A stretch of 64,000 nucleotides of DNA, from contig OZ024743.1 of NCBI GenBank assembly GCA_964016885.1, positions 95,232,001-95,296,000 of the forward strand. The letters run 5' to 3'. Made by a program: the position numbers and the translations under genes. Within the stretch, counting starts at the first letter, position 1. Every line of letters begins with the position of its first letter. This document shows positions 39,531 to 52,844 of the stretch, piece after piece. The notes under the pieces were generated by a model. That model was not told where the DNA came from. It searched no databases and worked only from the letters and a program-made list of their open reading frames with translations. This DNA comes from Eledone cirrhosa. Taxonomy: Eukaryota.

Positions 39531-39759
39531 TTAAACAAGCCAAAAGCATATCATACAAAATATAATTACCTAATTAAATTAAATTCAAATTAAAACCACC
39601 TCATACTAAATAGACAAAGTTCATTAGTTCACATTCACCACCAATATCTCAATAAGTAAAGGAGTAGAAGTTCTTGACACATCTGGAAAAACCCAGAATA
39701 TAGTTCCGAGACATTTTCTGATAATAATCGTTTCTGATCAGCATAAGGACAACAATTCT

Positions 39760-40105
39760 TTAAAGAAGAGAACGTCAATTATATCAATCCATTATTTGAA
39801 TGACACCTTATTTTATCGACCTCGGAAAAATGAAAGGCAAAGTTGACCCGGGCATGATTTGAACTCAGGGCAGAGAGAACAGGAACAAATACTGCAAATC
39901 TTTTGTCCAACGCTCTAACGACTTTGCTAAATCACCACTTTGCCATTTGTTAATAATCCCTTCTAAAGTTGGCACAACGTTAGTAATTTGGGAGGAAGAA
40001 ACAAATTGGTTATATCAACCCAAGTACTTAACTGGTACTATATTTTATCGACCTCGGAAAGATGAAATGCAAAGTTGACCGCGGTGGTATTTGATTCCAG
40101 AAACC
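39760..40105 (-). mobile_element. Two older, diverged SINE copies
   Basis: TTTTATCGACCTCGGAAA..ATGAAAGGCAAAGTTGAC motif occurs twice. Confidence 0.7.
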
Positions 40106-40399
40106 CGTTACTATTCTACCGCCTTTTGCCAAATAATAATAATGAGAATGTAACTTATGAAATCTGCAGAAATAAAATATCTTCAGAATGTCAGGCGTTG
40201 GATCAAACGACGGCGGCGTTAATTATAAGTATTACTAAGAAGTATGAAAATGTAATTATATAATAAATTATTCATCGTAATGATAATTGAAAATTATGTT
40301 CAGTTGCAACTGCTAGTCTGAAATCTAAAAGTTCTGTGTACAATAAGTTATCACTTTTCCTAATCAAGATATAGTAGACTTGATACTTAAACTATTGAC

Positions 40400-41050
40400 T
40401 CCTATTTTCAGCGAATGTCTAGAATCGAGCTTCTGATAAAGAACGGGTCGCAGGTGGCAGATAGCGATACGACCAACAGATATGATGGTTAGTAGCAATA
40501 AAAACGGGCTCCTGCTGGACGAATAAGCAACCTTGGACATACAGCGGTAAACTCTTAAGGGAGATGGAGCGATGGGTGATACTGTCAGCTGCCAAGAAAA
40601 CTCGCACAGCCCAGTGATGTGGCTATGACGAGGCGAGTGAAGGCCGCCTCCAAATTGGTGACTGGCGCAAATGAAACGACCAAAACACTACAATATGACC
40701 GGAAAGAATAAAACATCCATATCGCATTGTCCATTGTGCAGGATTACAATGGACGCGTTGAGGCCTTAGGTAGAGCGGCCCTTTCGAGGAATACATTGCA
40801 GTCTCCACCGAACGCTGCAAGACCTGGCGATGGACTTGCGAACACTCATGGTGGTCGTGGGACGGAAGCACAATAATTACGTATCACAGGGCCCAGAAAG
40901 GGTCTGGAAGGGAGCAAACCTTAACAATTAGTAACTAAAACGTTACAAAGATCATAGAACAGATTTTACGGGCAAAACCAACTGGCAGGAGATCCCGAGG
41001 AAGAACCCCAAGCAAGATGGCTGGATAACATCCACGAGCTTAGCTGTTCT
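40400..41050 (+). mobile_element. Highly degenerate LINE (RTE-like) 3' remnant
   Basis: GC-richer block ending GGCAGGAGATCCCGAGGAAGAACCCCAAGCAAGATGGCTGGATAAC, resembling a frameshifted GxRxRGRPxxRWxD motif. Confidence 0.35.
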
Positions 41051-41583
41051 CGCTTGAGGATCCAGTCGGATCAACTTGAAACTATTTGAGCAGGACTTCA
41101 GCAAAAGTAACTTTGATCATTCTTTATTTCAGCCTCTTTAAGAAGATATGATCCTAGTGATGGTTAAACTATAAATTATATTCGCATACTCCATCACTTA
41201 AGAAACACTTTCGATAACGACGACCATGAAACTTCAATGTAAAGTAATAAATATTTTAAAAGTTAAGAACAAGAGGATAAGTACTAGGCAGAGTTCGACA
41301 ACTTCTGATCAGCAAAAAATGTGTATCACATGGAGTCCTCTTTTACACATATTTTCATGGGTTCTATTCCTTCTAGCTTTAGGTTTAGGTTGCTTGACTA
41401 GGGAAAGAGGCTTATGAGATGTTCTATTTAGATTACGTTATTGAGATCTACACCTCCTTGATTTTGTGTAAAGTCCTCTATATGTATATATATATAAATA
41501 TAACGAAGGAAGTGTGGTAAGGAACCAGATGGACCATAACGCACTAGAGTACTCGATACTTTTGGTAGTAGAGTGGGTAATAG

Positions 41584-41662
41584 GAAAATAGTCAGAACCT
41601 CGACGGCAGAGCTCAAGCCGTTTCGACAGCTATTTCAGCTCTGCCGTCGGGGTTCTGATTAT

Positions 41663-41666
<4 letters not shown>
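41584..41666. repeat. Inverted repeat with 30-bp arms, at the end of a ~165-bp dispersed element (homologue at ~48488-48630)
   Basis: GAAAATAGTCAGAACCTCGACGGCAGAGCT / AGCTCTGCCGTCGGGGTTCTGATTATTTTC. Confidence 0.85.
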
Positions 41667-41708
<42 letters not shown>

Positions 41709-41719
<11 letters not shown>

Positions 41720-42088
41720 AATAAGAAGAAATATTAGACATAAATAAATACCCATTTTTTCTTCAAATTCCCGACTGTACACTTTCGTGGCTACTATGCA
41801 AAAATCCTACATCATAGAGATGTAACATTTTTGTGAGGTAGGCCAACTTTTCAAGGGAACACCTCAGGGAAAGAACGCCTTTTCGAGATTCTCTCACACG
41901 ATGCAGACCTGTTTGAAATTGTTCTTTCCCTGAAGTGTTCCCTTGAAAAGTTGGCCTACCTCACAAAAATGTTACATCTCTATGATGTAGGATTTTTGCA
42001 TAGTAGCCACGAAAGTGTACAGTCGGGAATTTGAAGAAAAAATGGGTATTTATTTATGTCTAATATTTCTTCTTACTTTATAATATAT
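41709..42088. repeat. Fold-back: ~168-bp near-perfect inverted arms with a 44-bp spacer
   Basis: 41709-41876 is the reverse complement of 41921-42088 with about 2 mismatches. Confidence 0.93.
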
Positions 42089-42261
42089 TGCATAGCTCTG
42101 ATATCGAGTCAATTTAATTATTCCGATTATCTTGTCTCTCATAATCATAGAGCAACACTGGTTAAGGTCGACAACACACAATCTCACATACTTGTGAAAA
42201 AATATATGTGTATATATGCATGTATATGTATGTATACACATATATTTGTGTACCTCTCATT

Positions 42262-42321
<60 letters not shown>

Positions 42322-43936
42322 CCAAGTCTAGGCGGTGTTCCAGAATGACCGGTCTCCAAGGACTGGAACCAGTAAAAGAGTAGATATAGCCACAAATGTA
42401 AAACTATCCATAATTTGAAAATCAGTACTACACTAGCTTAGTTGAAGTAAACTGCCCTTAAAGATTGGCTGTAATAGATATTGTATATTGAGAGCAAGAA
42501 CTAATCCTATTTATAACATTACTCCCATAACCATTATAGACAATATAAAATTAGAAAGAAAATGGTAAGAAATAGAATACACAATAAAGTGTATTCAACA
42601 TATAAATATGTGAACTTATAGGAAGTGTCTTACTGTTCAAGTAGGAATAAAATAATATGGTTGTATTTCTCTTTATGCAGCCATATTTAAATCACTGTAT
42701 TCTAGCTTACAAGAATACAACGATATATTTTTCAGCATGGTGGACATCTATCTTACTTCACCCCACTATGAATTTGTTGTCCTCTGTGACTTTAACAGAC
42801 AACTATTTTGGGATCTCCCGCTCATCATATACTGATGTCACTAGTACAGAAACCACATGTTCCTCAGTCCCAAATACGCTACATCAAGTAGTTACATTCT
42901 GTACTTGCATCCTTGACTAATACAATACACTCAAAACATCATATAGCTTTTTCCCACCTTTAAATACAACCTCTGCCAGACAATAACCCTCTCAGCGCCT
43001 ATCGTTTTGGTTTTTATTCAGCATTGCAACCCATGTAACACCACCATCACGTACCTGTCAATCTTTCCTACTTTCAAACCTACAGTCGATCCGTCCGATC
43101 CCTTGCCCATAGATTCTCCAACAATTATATATATCAAGAAAACATCGCACAGAGCATGAACAACACCCAATTAGAACTCTTCAGCTCTTTACCTTCGCTA
43201 TGCCATATCATGATTGGGATCTCTCTTGGCGAATACAAGTCATCAGCATAGCCCAAGTTCCATCACAAAGACAGGCCTTCCTTTTCCGAGTCACAAAATA
43301 CTTCAGGTCCTAACACCTCTTAATTCTCTACAAAGCTCAGTTGATACCCGCCATACATGCAACTCTTGCTTACAGACATGCTGTCTCTCTTATCTAGCTT
43401 TTTACTTCTATTACCCAGATTACAAAGTTAATGTCATGCCACCTCTACGCAGGCATTCGTGGCTTAATCACACCTGGGCTGGTCACCTATGTTATTTCCC
43501 ACCACGAGAAATAGGCTACCTAGTATAACATTTCTTTCTTTATAGAACATCAGTTGGCTAGAATTTCGATCTTACTTATACTTTTCTTCAATCATCTACT
43601 TGAAAAAGTTCAATAGAAAAATTAAACGCATAGATTTCACCGGTCAATGGGAGTCAGCAAAGTCCACAAGTAGAGTCCCATCTTCTACATCAAAGTAATA
43701 AAAAGTTTAATCAATACCAACTTACATCAACACACTCCAGGAAATGTCCATACGCACAGCTCACTTAGTCAGTGCCATGAACCACAAATAAACATCGGGC
43801 ATCATCATACGATTCCTCAGCCAACCATATATTCTAACATGGTAGACTGAGGTATCATGAAATAGTCATACAGGAAACTTTGAGTTTTAGTCGATATTGG
43901 TTCCAACTGACTGAATTAAATCAAACATGCACGCAA

Positions 43937-43937
<1 letters not shown>

Positions 43938-44019
<82 letters not shown>

Positions 44020-44118
44020 TAAATATATATATATATACATACATAATATATGTATGTATATGTATATATATATGTATATATATATTAATATGACTATGGA
44101 TCTCTCTCTCTCTCCCTC

Positions 44119-44177
<59 letters not shown>
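43938..44177. repeat. (CA)n, (TA)n and (CT)n microsatellite cluster
   Basis: Seen directly. Similar tracts are abundant across 36460-63140. Confidence 0.9.
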
Positions 44178-44374
44178 GGTTTGGCGTGTTCATAGGTAAT
44201 AATTTACTACAATCATTTGATGCAATATTTGTAAAGACTATCGCAGTGGCATTTTATTTTTCCTCGAGACAGAATAGAAATATATTAAAAAGATTGTCAC
44301 GTGCTCAAACACGTGGAAACCTTTACACACGGAAAACAAAGAAACCAACATTGCCAAACCAATCTTATCCAGAA

Positions 44375-44640
44375 TAGACATCCGTTTCGACGAGGACTGT
44401 TCCAGTTGTTCGATCAACGGAACTGCCTGCCCATGAACTCATCATATAAGTGAACATTCCTTAGACACGTGTATCTTAATGTAATTCTGAGGGAAATTCA
44501 GCAGTGTGTTACATGGCTGGCTCGTTGAACTACATGTACAATCCATCTGATGGGATTCCAAATTGTTTCCTTCTACCCAATTCCACTCACAAGGCAAGAT
44601 CCGACTAGAAGCAATGGTAAATGACATTTTTCCAAAGATT
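44375..44640 (-). mobile_element. Second SINE-like family copy
   Basis: Reverse-complement similarity to 37220-37360. Confidence 0.55.
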
Positions 44641-44876
44641 CTATCTCGTGATTTAACAATTTCAAAGTGATCTTCTTAAACCTCCGGTCAGGCTACGACC
44701 ACATTTTCACTGGGATATAGAATGGCTAATTAGAAATGACATTGGTAGCGTTAGATCACTTTAAAACACGATACATTATTAATATACTAATATGTAAGTT
44801 TACGTTAGTTGATGTGATGAAAATAGAAACTACATATCAGGAAATACATACAATCATTAAAGGTAATCCTATTGTC

Positions 44877-45066
44877 GGTGGATTGGTTGTATCGGTAGAG
44901 TGTCGGATGCCATGTTTTGACGCATTGAGTTACGGCCCTTTATGGTCTGAGTTCAAATCCCGCCGAGGTTAAATTTGCCTTTCATCCTTACGGGGTCGAT
45001 AAAATAAAGTACCAGTAATTTACTGGGATAATTGCTGGCCTTGTGCCAAAAGTAGAAACGATTATT
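44877..45066 (+). mobile_element. Full-length tRNA-derived SINE
   Basis: Head, B box, body and ATT tail, with TATTGT on both flanks. Confidence 0.9.
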
Positions 45067-45134
45067 GTTTAGTTAAGCCTGTGATGATGTCCAAGTCGCT
45101 GAAAAGCTCTATAGTATCATGTAAGCGTTAGTGA

Positions 45135-45328
45135 ATAATAATTGTTTCTACTTTTGGCACAAGGCCAGCAATTATCCAGTGAATTACTGGTACTTTATTT
45201 TATCGAGCCCGTAAGGATGAAAGGCAAAGTTAACCGCGGCGGGATTTGAACTCAGAATGGCAAGGGCCGTAACTCTATGTGTCAAAGCATGACATCCGAC
45301 CCTCTACCGATACTGCCAATCCACCGCC
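45135..45328 (-). mobile_element. Full-length tRNA-derived SINE with TSD
   Basis: GTTAGTGAATAATA occurs at 45127-45140 and 45337-45350. Confidence 0.92.
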
Positions 45329-46226
45329 TGCCTTTAGTTAGTGAATAATAATAATATTAAAATAATATCCTAATATATTCCGTTTGTTTGCAAGCAAGCA
45401 GCCTCATAAATACCTCATGTTAGATAACCAACGTCATCCTTTTGTTCCAGCGGTAGCTGAGAGAAAACAATCGACAATTGTTTCGGAGTGTTTGCACCTT
45501 ATCCTGATTGTGTACTCTCGTCACTGCGACCCATTGGAACTGCTGAGAATACATAGTGTTCTCAAATGTATGTATACATCAGCTGAATAGTCTCCGAATC
45601 ACAGACACTCACAGAAGCGATGATAAAGGATCGAGACGTGAAGAGAGATGCGGTGGTGAGAAGGAACCGTCCAACCTATACAAGCGTAGAAAAGAGGACG
45701 ATAATGATGATGATGATAATGATGATATATGTGTTTGTGTATATGGATATTGCTACTAATCTGCTCAGTTTAGTTATGTATCTTTGGTACTACACTTTAA
45801 ATTGTGTGAGTTGTACTCCCGTCGATTGCGACAATGAGTGTTCCTGTTCCGAACAGAGTGTTGGCTAAACTTAGACGGTTACTCCGAGGTCTCGAAGTCA
45901 ATTAGGAGGTCCTGTTCGGTGTGGTCGCACAGAGTTGAAAACAAGGCAAAATCAGAAGACAACCCGGAGAAACTAATAAATTAATAACAAATAAATGAGT
46001 TAGAAAATAGAACGAGACACAGTGTTATTGAGTAGGACTAACCAGTGGAATATATGACTCTCAGATGTTGAGAGACTCATCATCTTTCTATATATGTACA
46101 TTTCTTCAACACTTTCACAAATTCTAAGTTGGGAAGAGTCAGCCATATCGCCCAACATTTTAAAGAAAGACGTATTGTTTAATCTAGTATAGTCTTGAGT
46201 ACTCATTCTCGAAACCGTCAGTTCTA

Positions 46227-46311
<85 letters not shown>

Positions 46312-46313
<2 letters not shown>

Positions 46314-46915
46314 TGGCTGCCAACTCGTTTTCGAGTACGGCCACTACTTTATATCCATGTAGGAGAACCCCTACCGATGAACGAGTGTGACTTTTTAGTC
46401 CAGCCAGCGACTTGAAAACTCTGGTACAAACACTACACTTGTGACAATTATTGACACATAGTGTTGGGCCCATGGTACCATGTGACGACAAGTGCAGAGA
46501 GATCTCCTGATATAAAGCAATGCCTGTGCCGTGAAGCTTTTATAGTGAGCAAAGGCACTGCACAAAGCCAGTCCCACTCTCTTAAACAAGATGATATTTA
46601 CCCAAAAGAAGACAAGTCAACATCATTGGATACCATCAGGGTTACAGGTATTATATCAGAGTTTTCCTTCTCCTAGAATTCTGCCTTGACAAAGGCTAAG
46701 GGGTCATCTCTCCCGGTGATTTTGGATGGCCATTGACTCTTAAGAGCTCCTTTGCCCTTTGACAGGTTTTGTTTTTAGTCCTGCAGGATGTCCAAAGTCA
46801 CCCTCCTCACCAAGAAACCTTGGTGGGGTTGCCAGTTTAGTCGCCAACGACCCGACCATGAGACAGGTTGTACTGGGATACATGTTACCAGTAGTAACAA
46901 CTGGTGACCTGACAT
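46312..46915 (-). mobile_element. Putative internally deleted RTE-type element (5' UTR joined to a zinc-finger 3' end)
   Basis: Minus-strand CTAGGAGAAGGAAAACTCTGA resembles RTE 5' UTR motifs, and CSVCTRVFKSLAGLKSHTR lies near the 3' end. Bounded by (TA)n on both sides. Confidence 0.45.
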
Positions 46916-46921
46916 AAATAA

Positions 46922-47010
<89 letters not shown>

Positions 47011-47257
47011 TATGTATGGAACTTACATCTGCAATGCTGCGACGTCACCTTAAACGCAACCATGCCTCTCCTGGCCTTGGTGGTGTTACGTACCTGCTTC
47101 TCAAACGTGGTGTGTATTTTGTTCTGCACCAGCTATCACGCTTCTTCCAATTCTGTCTGAACAACTCTCACAATCTTATCCGGCCCTCGCAATTTGGATT
47201 TATCCCTAACTCGTGTAGGACACCTAGGTTATTTTTCATTTTGTAAAAATACCTCAC

Positions 47258-47325
<68 letters not shown>

Positions 47326-47591
47326 GGTGTTGGATGCTTAAAGCGTCCGTATACGGAAGGCCGTATGAGCACTCGATGCCGTCATAGAGCAGAGTATGAT
47401 ATCACAGAAGAATAGGAAAATTTGCTTCGTAGAATCGAGACGTATCCGAGGATCGCGAGATTTCAGAGTCAGGCGTGATCACCACATCGATCGTACCTCG
47501 AGCTGGTCGCCAGAGAAACAATTGTAATATGTCCAATAAATTCCTTTCGTCGCAACACTGATTCTCTTTTTTCTGTGATATATGTATATAT

Positions 47592-47744
47592 AAGGCCATC
47601 AATTACCCAGTACATTACTGGTACTTTATTTTATTAACCCCGTAAGGATGAAAGGCAAAGTTAACCTCGGCGGGATTTAAACTCAGAATGGCAAGGGCCG
47701 TAACTCTATGCGGCAAAGCATGTCGTCCGATATGCCAATCCACC
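47592..47744 (-). mobile_element. tRNA-derived SINE with partial deletions
   Basis: Reverse complement of the SINE family. Confidence 0.85.
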
Positions 47745-47931
47745 ATAATATCAGATAGAGTGTGGTAGACCCTAACCCACCAGAGGGGGCATGCCTGCAT
47801 ACATGACCTTCATATATGGATATGGATACAAAAACACGCCCACCATTTTCTCCAACATTCTCCCTTGCCAATTTAAAGATGGCCCTTTGGAAATATACAA
47901 ACCCTATCCGTAATGTAACGGATTCCTTTAA

Positions 47932-48139
47932 CCCTTTAGCATTTACATTACTCTATATATACTATTGCATTTTCACGATAAACACTTTATTTCACATAAT
48001 ATCGAATCTATGAGATTTTTATATTATTTATTTTGAGAACAATCCCTTAACATCAGTATGAGTGTCAAGTTATGGCTGGTTTTAACAGAAAAAGGTGAGA
48101 TAATTTTGGCCAGATACGGCCGGTTTAAATGCTAAAGGG
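47932..48139. mobile_element. piggyBac-type MITE, copy 2
   Basis: TTAA-CCCTTTAGCATTTA ... TAAATGCTAAAGGG-TTGA, a 14-bp perfect TIR. Confidence 0.8.
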
Positions 48140-48627
48140 TTGAGTTTTATTTTTAATAACTTACAACTAGTTACACACATATTATATACACATCAACTCA
48201 AAGTTAGTTACAAGATACACTCTCTGCACGTATAGTTATATAAATGTTATATTTTTCTGGAGTTGGGAGCTACTTCAGTTAGTTTTTTGTTTTTATGGAT
48301 TATGAACATTATTTGTAACGTTTTATTTTCTTGAAATTTGCCCTTCCGCATTATTCAGTGGTAGCCATACCCGGACGGCCCCGAAACCTAAGGTTGTGCA
48401 TACATGTTAAGTGTATGTATATATGTGTATATATACACACACACACACACATACACACACATTCACACACAAATATATATATATATAACGAAGGAAGTGT
48501 GGTAAGGAACCAGATGGACCATAACTCACCACAGTACTCAATACTTAGGGTAGTAGAGTGGGTAATATAGTCCAGAGCTCAAGACGTCGAAACGGCTTGA
48601 GCTCTGCCGTCGGGTTTAAACATTTTC

Positions 48628-48662
<35 letters not shown>

Positions 48663-48719
48663 TATACATATATATATATATGTATATATATGTATATATA
48701 TACATATATATACATATAT

Positions 48720-48811
<92 letters not shown>

Positions 48812-48970
48812 GTATATCTACCTACGATCTATTAAAGGTCCATTCTTCTGCATGTGTGTATGATTAAATTGCCTTTCCACTTTTCTAATAATTTTGTTCC
48901 CATCTTCTCCCTCTCTCGTTTTCGAACCCATCCCACGAGCATACTGTCCATTCTCTCACTATATGCCCAT

Positions 48971-49061
<91 letters not shown>

Positions 49062-49070
49062 TATATATAC

Positions 49071-49164
<94 letters not shown>

Positions 49165-49413
49165 GAATGAGTGACCCTGATATGAATTAAATACGTGATT
49201 CCTTAGAAAATTCACTTTTAGATTTGAATAAAACAAATATTTGAATGAAAGGAAATATTTAGACATGAATAATAAATGTAAAGCTAACAATAAGAGCGAA
49301 GGGTACGTGAATATTTTCAAGTTTTCTCAGTACTGCGGAATTTCGTTATAAAAAAATAATTGCAGATGCTGTTATTTCAGTATCCGCAGTGTGTGTATAA
49401 ATATATATATATA

Positions 49414-50028
49414 TGGTTGGCAAATCACTGACGAGGGACTAATTTTATCATATGTAACCCATGTGCAACCACGCAGTATTCGTCTTTCTTCTCATGTTTT
49501 TTACATATTTACCTCAGCTGCGTTTGTCTGTTTCTCTCTTACTGCTTCCTCGTTCTCTCTGTTTCTCTCACCTTCTTTCGCCCCCTCTGTCAGTTACACT
49601 TTCTCTCGACTGACCTCTTCCTCGCACTTCCACTCACTCACTCTCTGTTTCTCCTCTTCTCACTTCCTCCCGTGTGGCTAGTAGTGGGGTCTTTTCTTGC
49701 TCACATCTCACTCACGTCGGAAGGTCTGTATCTTGATCGCTCATGAAATCCACCCAGCTTATGCTGACCGGATAACCATGTTGCTTGTTTATTTTCCTAT
49801 CTTCGGTTTGCTTTTATCCTTCTATGTTGTTTACTTGTCTCACTCGCTTTACGCGATTTACTTGTCCCAATAGCTTTTTTTAGTTATTGCCCGCACAAAC
49901 CTGAGGGATATGATTTTTAATGCGATGAAATATCAATGATGGTTGGCAAATCACTGACGAGGGACTAATTTTATCATATGTAACCCATGTGCAGCCACGC
50001 AGTATTCTTCTTTCTTCTCATGTTTTTT

Positions 50029-50092
<64 letters not shown>

Positions 50093-50700
50093 AGAGAGGG
50101 GGAGGTAGATAGATACATAAATAGATATATACATATATATAAATATATATATATGCATACATATATGTGTGTGTGACAGTTTGAACAATATATATATATT
50201 TCTCTCTTTCTCTCTTACTGCTCCCTCGTTCTCTCTGTTTCTCTTACTTTCTTTCGTCCCCTCTGCCATGTCAGTTAACTCTTTCTCTCTACTGACCTCT
50301 TCCTCGCACTCCCACTCACTCAGTCCCTGTTTCTCCCCTTCTTTCTTCCTCCCGTTCGCTGGGAAAACGGTTTTCATTCTTTCAAACACCGGATTCACTA
50401 GCGAAAGGTCTGTTACTGACTCGCTCATATATTCACACAGCTTATGCTGAAAGAATAACTATGTTGCTTGTGTTTATTTCCATCTTCGGTTAGCTTCCCC
50501 CTGTGTTGTTACTTGTCTCACTCGCTTTACGCGTTTCTATTGCCCTAATAACTTATTTTAGTTATTATCGCTCCAACGTGAGGTATATGATTTTTAATGC
50601 GATGAAATACCCATGATCGTTTGGTAAATCACTGATGAGGGACTCATTTTATAACATGTTATCCATGTGCAACCAGCAGTATTCTTCTCACTCATATTTT
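49414..50700 (+). repeat. Diverged tandem repeat, ~526-bp unit, about 2.1 copies, with a microsatellite insert in unit 2
   Basis: TGG(C/T)AAATCACTGA(C/T)GAGGGACT recurs at ~49418, 49944 and 50622. Confidence 0.8.
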
Positions 50701-50751
50701 TTATATATATATATATATATATTGTTCAAATTATCACATATGTATGTATGC

Positions 50752-50794
<43 letters not shown>

Positions 50795-50845
50795 TATGTA
50801 TGTATACGTACATACATATATGTATACAGACGTACAGTAGCATGC

Positions 50846-50876
<31 letters not shown>

Positions 50877-51055
50877 AATATATATACACATATGCATACA
50901 GGTACACATACATATATGCACGCATCAGTTTAGCCGGCGTTTATTATAACGCCGGCCGCTTTGTTCGTTTGTTTGTCAACAAAGCGAACAGCCTGAATTT
51001 ATGCCATACGGTGTTAAGGCAACCACGTCACCTTTTTGTTCAACACTGACACAGG

Positions 51056-51100
51056 AACGATGTACTAGTTTCAAGCTTGTTAGCTATCATCAGCACCGTT
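51056..51100 (-). ncRNA. Minimal type I hammerhead ribozyme, unit 1
   Basis: Minus strand: AACGGUG-CUGAUGA-UAGCUAACAAGCUU-GAAA-CUAG-UA-CAUCGUU. Confidence 0.8.
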
Positions 51101-51337
51101 TACCCATCTGCCAGATAGTTGAACGTTCGAAAGTATATACTTTTCTTATGAAAATTAACGGCTGAGCAGCCTAATTTGCATATTGAGTGAGTTAAATCGG
51201 TCAGGCATACCGAAAACGATAAGTTGAAAAAAATGAAAACGAAATTTCATTTCTCACTCTTAGTATGGCACTTACTTAAATGTAAGTATGTATGTATACG
51301 TACATACATATATGTATACAGACGTACAGTAGCATGC

Positions 51338-51368
<31 letters not shown>

Positions 51369-51547
51369 AATATATATACACATATGCATACAGGTACACA
51401 TACATATATGCACGCATCAGTTTAGCCGGCGTTTATTATAACGCCGGCCGCTTTGTTCGTTTGTTTGTCAACAAAGCGAACAGCCTGAATTTATGCCATA
51501 CGGTGTTAAGGCAACCACGTCACCTTTTTGTTCAACACTGACACAGG

Positions 51548-51592
51548 AACGATGTACTAGTTTCAAGCTTGTTAGCTATCATCAGCACCGTT
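51548..51592 (-). ncRNA. Minimal type I hammerhead ribozyme, unit 2
   Basis: Identical to 51056-51100. Confidence 0.8.
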
Positions 51593-51829
51593 TACCCATC
51601 TGCCAGATAGTTGAACGTTCGAAAGTATATACTTTTCTTATGAAAATTAACGGCTGAGCAGCCTAATTTGCATATTGAGTGAGTTAAATCGGTCAGGCAT
51701 ACCGAAAACGATAAGTTGAAAAAAATGAAAACGAAATTTCATTTCTCACTCTTAGTATGGCACTTACTTAAATGTAAGTATGTATGTATACGTACATACA
51801 TATATGTATACAGACGTACAGTAGCATGC

Positions 51830-51860
<31 letters not shown>

Positions 51861-52039
51861 AATATATATACACATATGCATACAGGTACACATACATATA
51901 TGCACGCATCAGTTTAGCCGGCGTTTATTATAACGCCGGCCGCTTTGTTCGTTTGTTTGTCAACAAAGCGAACAGCCTGAATTTATGCCATACGGTGTTA
52001 AGGCAACCACGTCACCTTTTTGTTCAACACTGACACAGG

Positions 52040-52084
52040 AACGATGTACTAGTTTCAAGCTTGTTAGCTATCATCAGCACCGTT
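52040..52084 (-). ncRNA. Minimal type I hammerhead ribozyme, unit 3
   Basis: Identical to 51056-51100. Confidence 0.8.
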
Positions 52085-52321
52085 TACCCATCTGCCAGAT
52101 AGTTGAACGTTCGAAAGTATATACTTTTCTTATGAAAATTAACGGCTGAGCAGCCTAATTTGCATATTGAGTGAGTTAAATCGGTCAGGCATACCGAAAA
52201 CGATAAGTTGAAAAAAATGAAAACGAAATTTCATTTCTCACTCTTAGTATGGCACTTACTTAAATGTAAGTATGTATGTATACGTACATACATATATGTA
52301 TACAGACGTACAGTAGCATGC

Positions 52322-52352
<31 letters not shown>

Positions 52353-52531
52353 AATATATATACACATATGCATACAGGTACACATACATATATGCACGCA
52401 TCAGTTTAGCCGGCGTTTATTATAACGCCGGCCGCTTTGTTCGTTTGTTTGTCAACAAAGCGAACAGCCTGAATTTATGCCATACGGTGTTAAGGCAACC
52501 ACGTCACCTTTTTGTTCAACACTGACACAGG

Positions 52532-52576
52532 AACGATGTACTAGTTTCAAGCTTGTTAGCTATCATCAGCACCGTT
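52532..52576 (-). ncRNA. Minimal type I hammerhead ribozyme, unit 4
   Basis: Identical to 51056-51100. Confidence 0.8.
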
Positions 52577-52813
52577 TACCCATCTGCCAGATAGTTGAAC
52601 GTTCGAAAGTATATACTTTTCTTATGAAAATTAACGGCTGAGCAGCCTAATTTGCATATTGAGTGAGTTAAATCGGTCAGGCATACCGAAAACGATAAGT
52701 TGAAAAAAATGAAAACGAAATTTCATTTCTCACTCTTAGTATGGCACTTACTTAAATGTAAGTATGTATGTATACGTACATACATATATGTATACAGACG
52801 TACAGTAGCATGC

Positions 52814-52844
<31 letters not shown>

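Noticed and set aside
42400-43900. Non-microsatellite block that might be an old element or exon
   Set aside because: No motif could be recognised in any frame. It needs a BLASTX or Dfam search.
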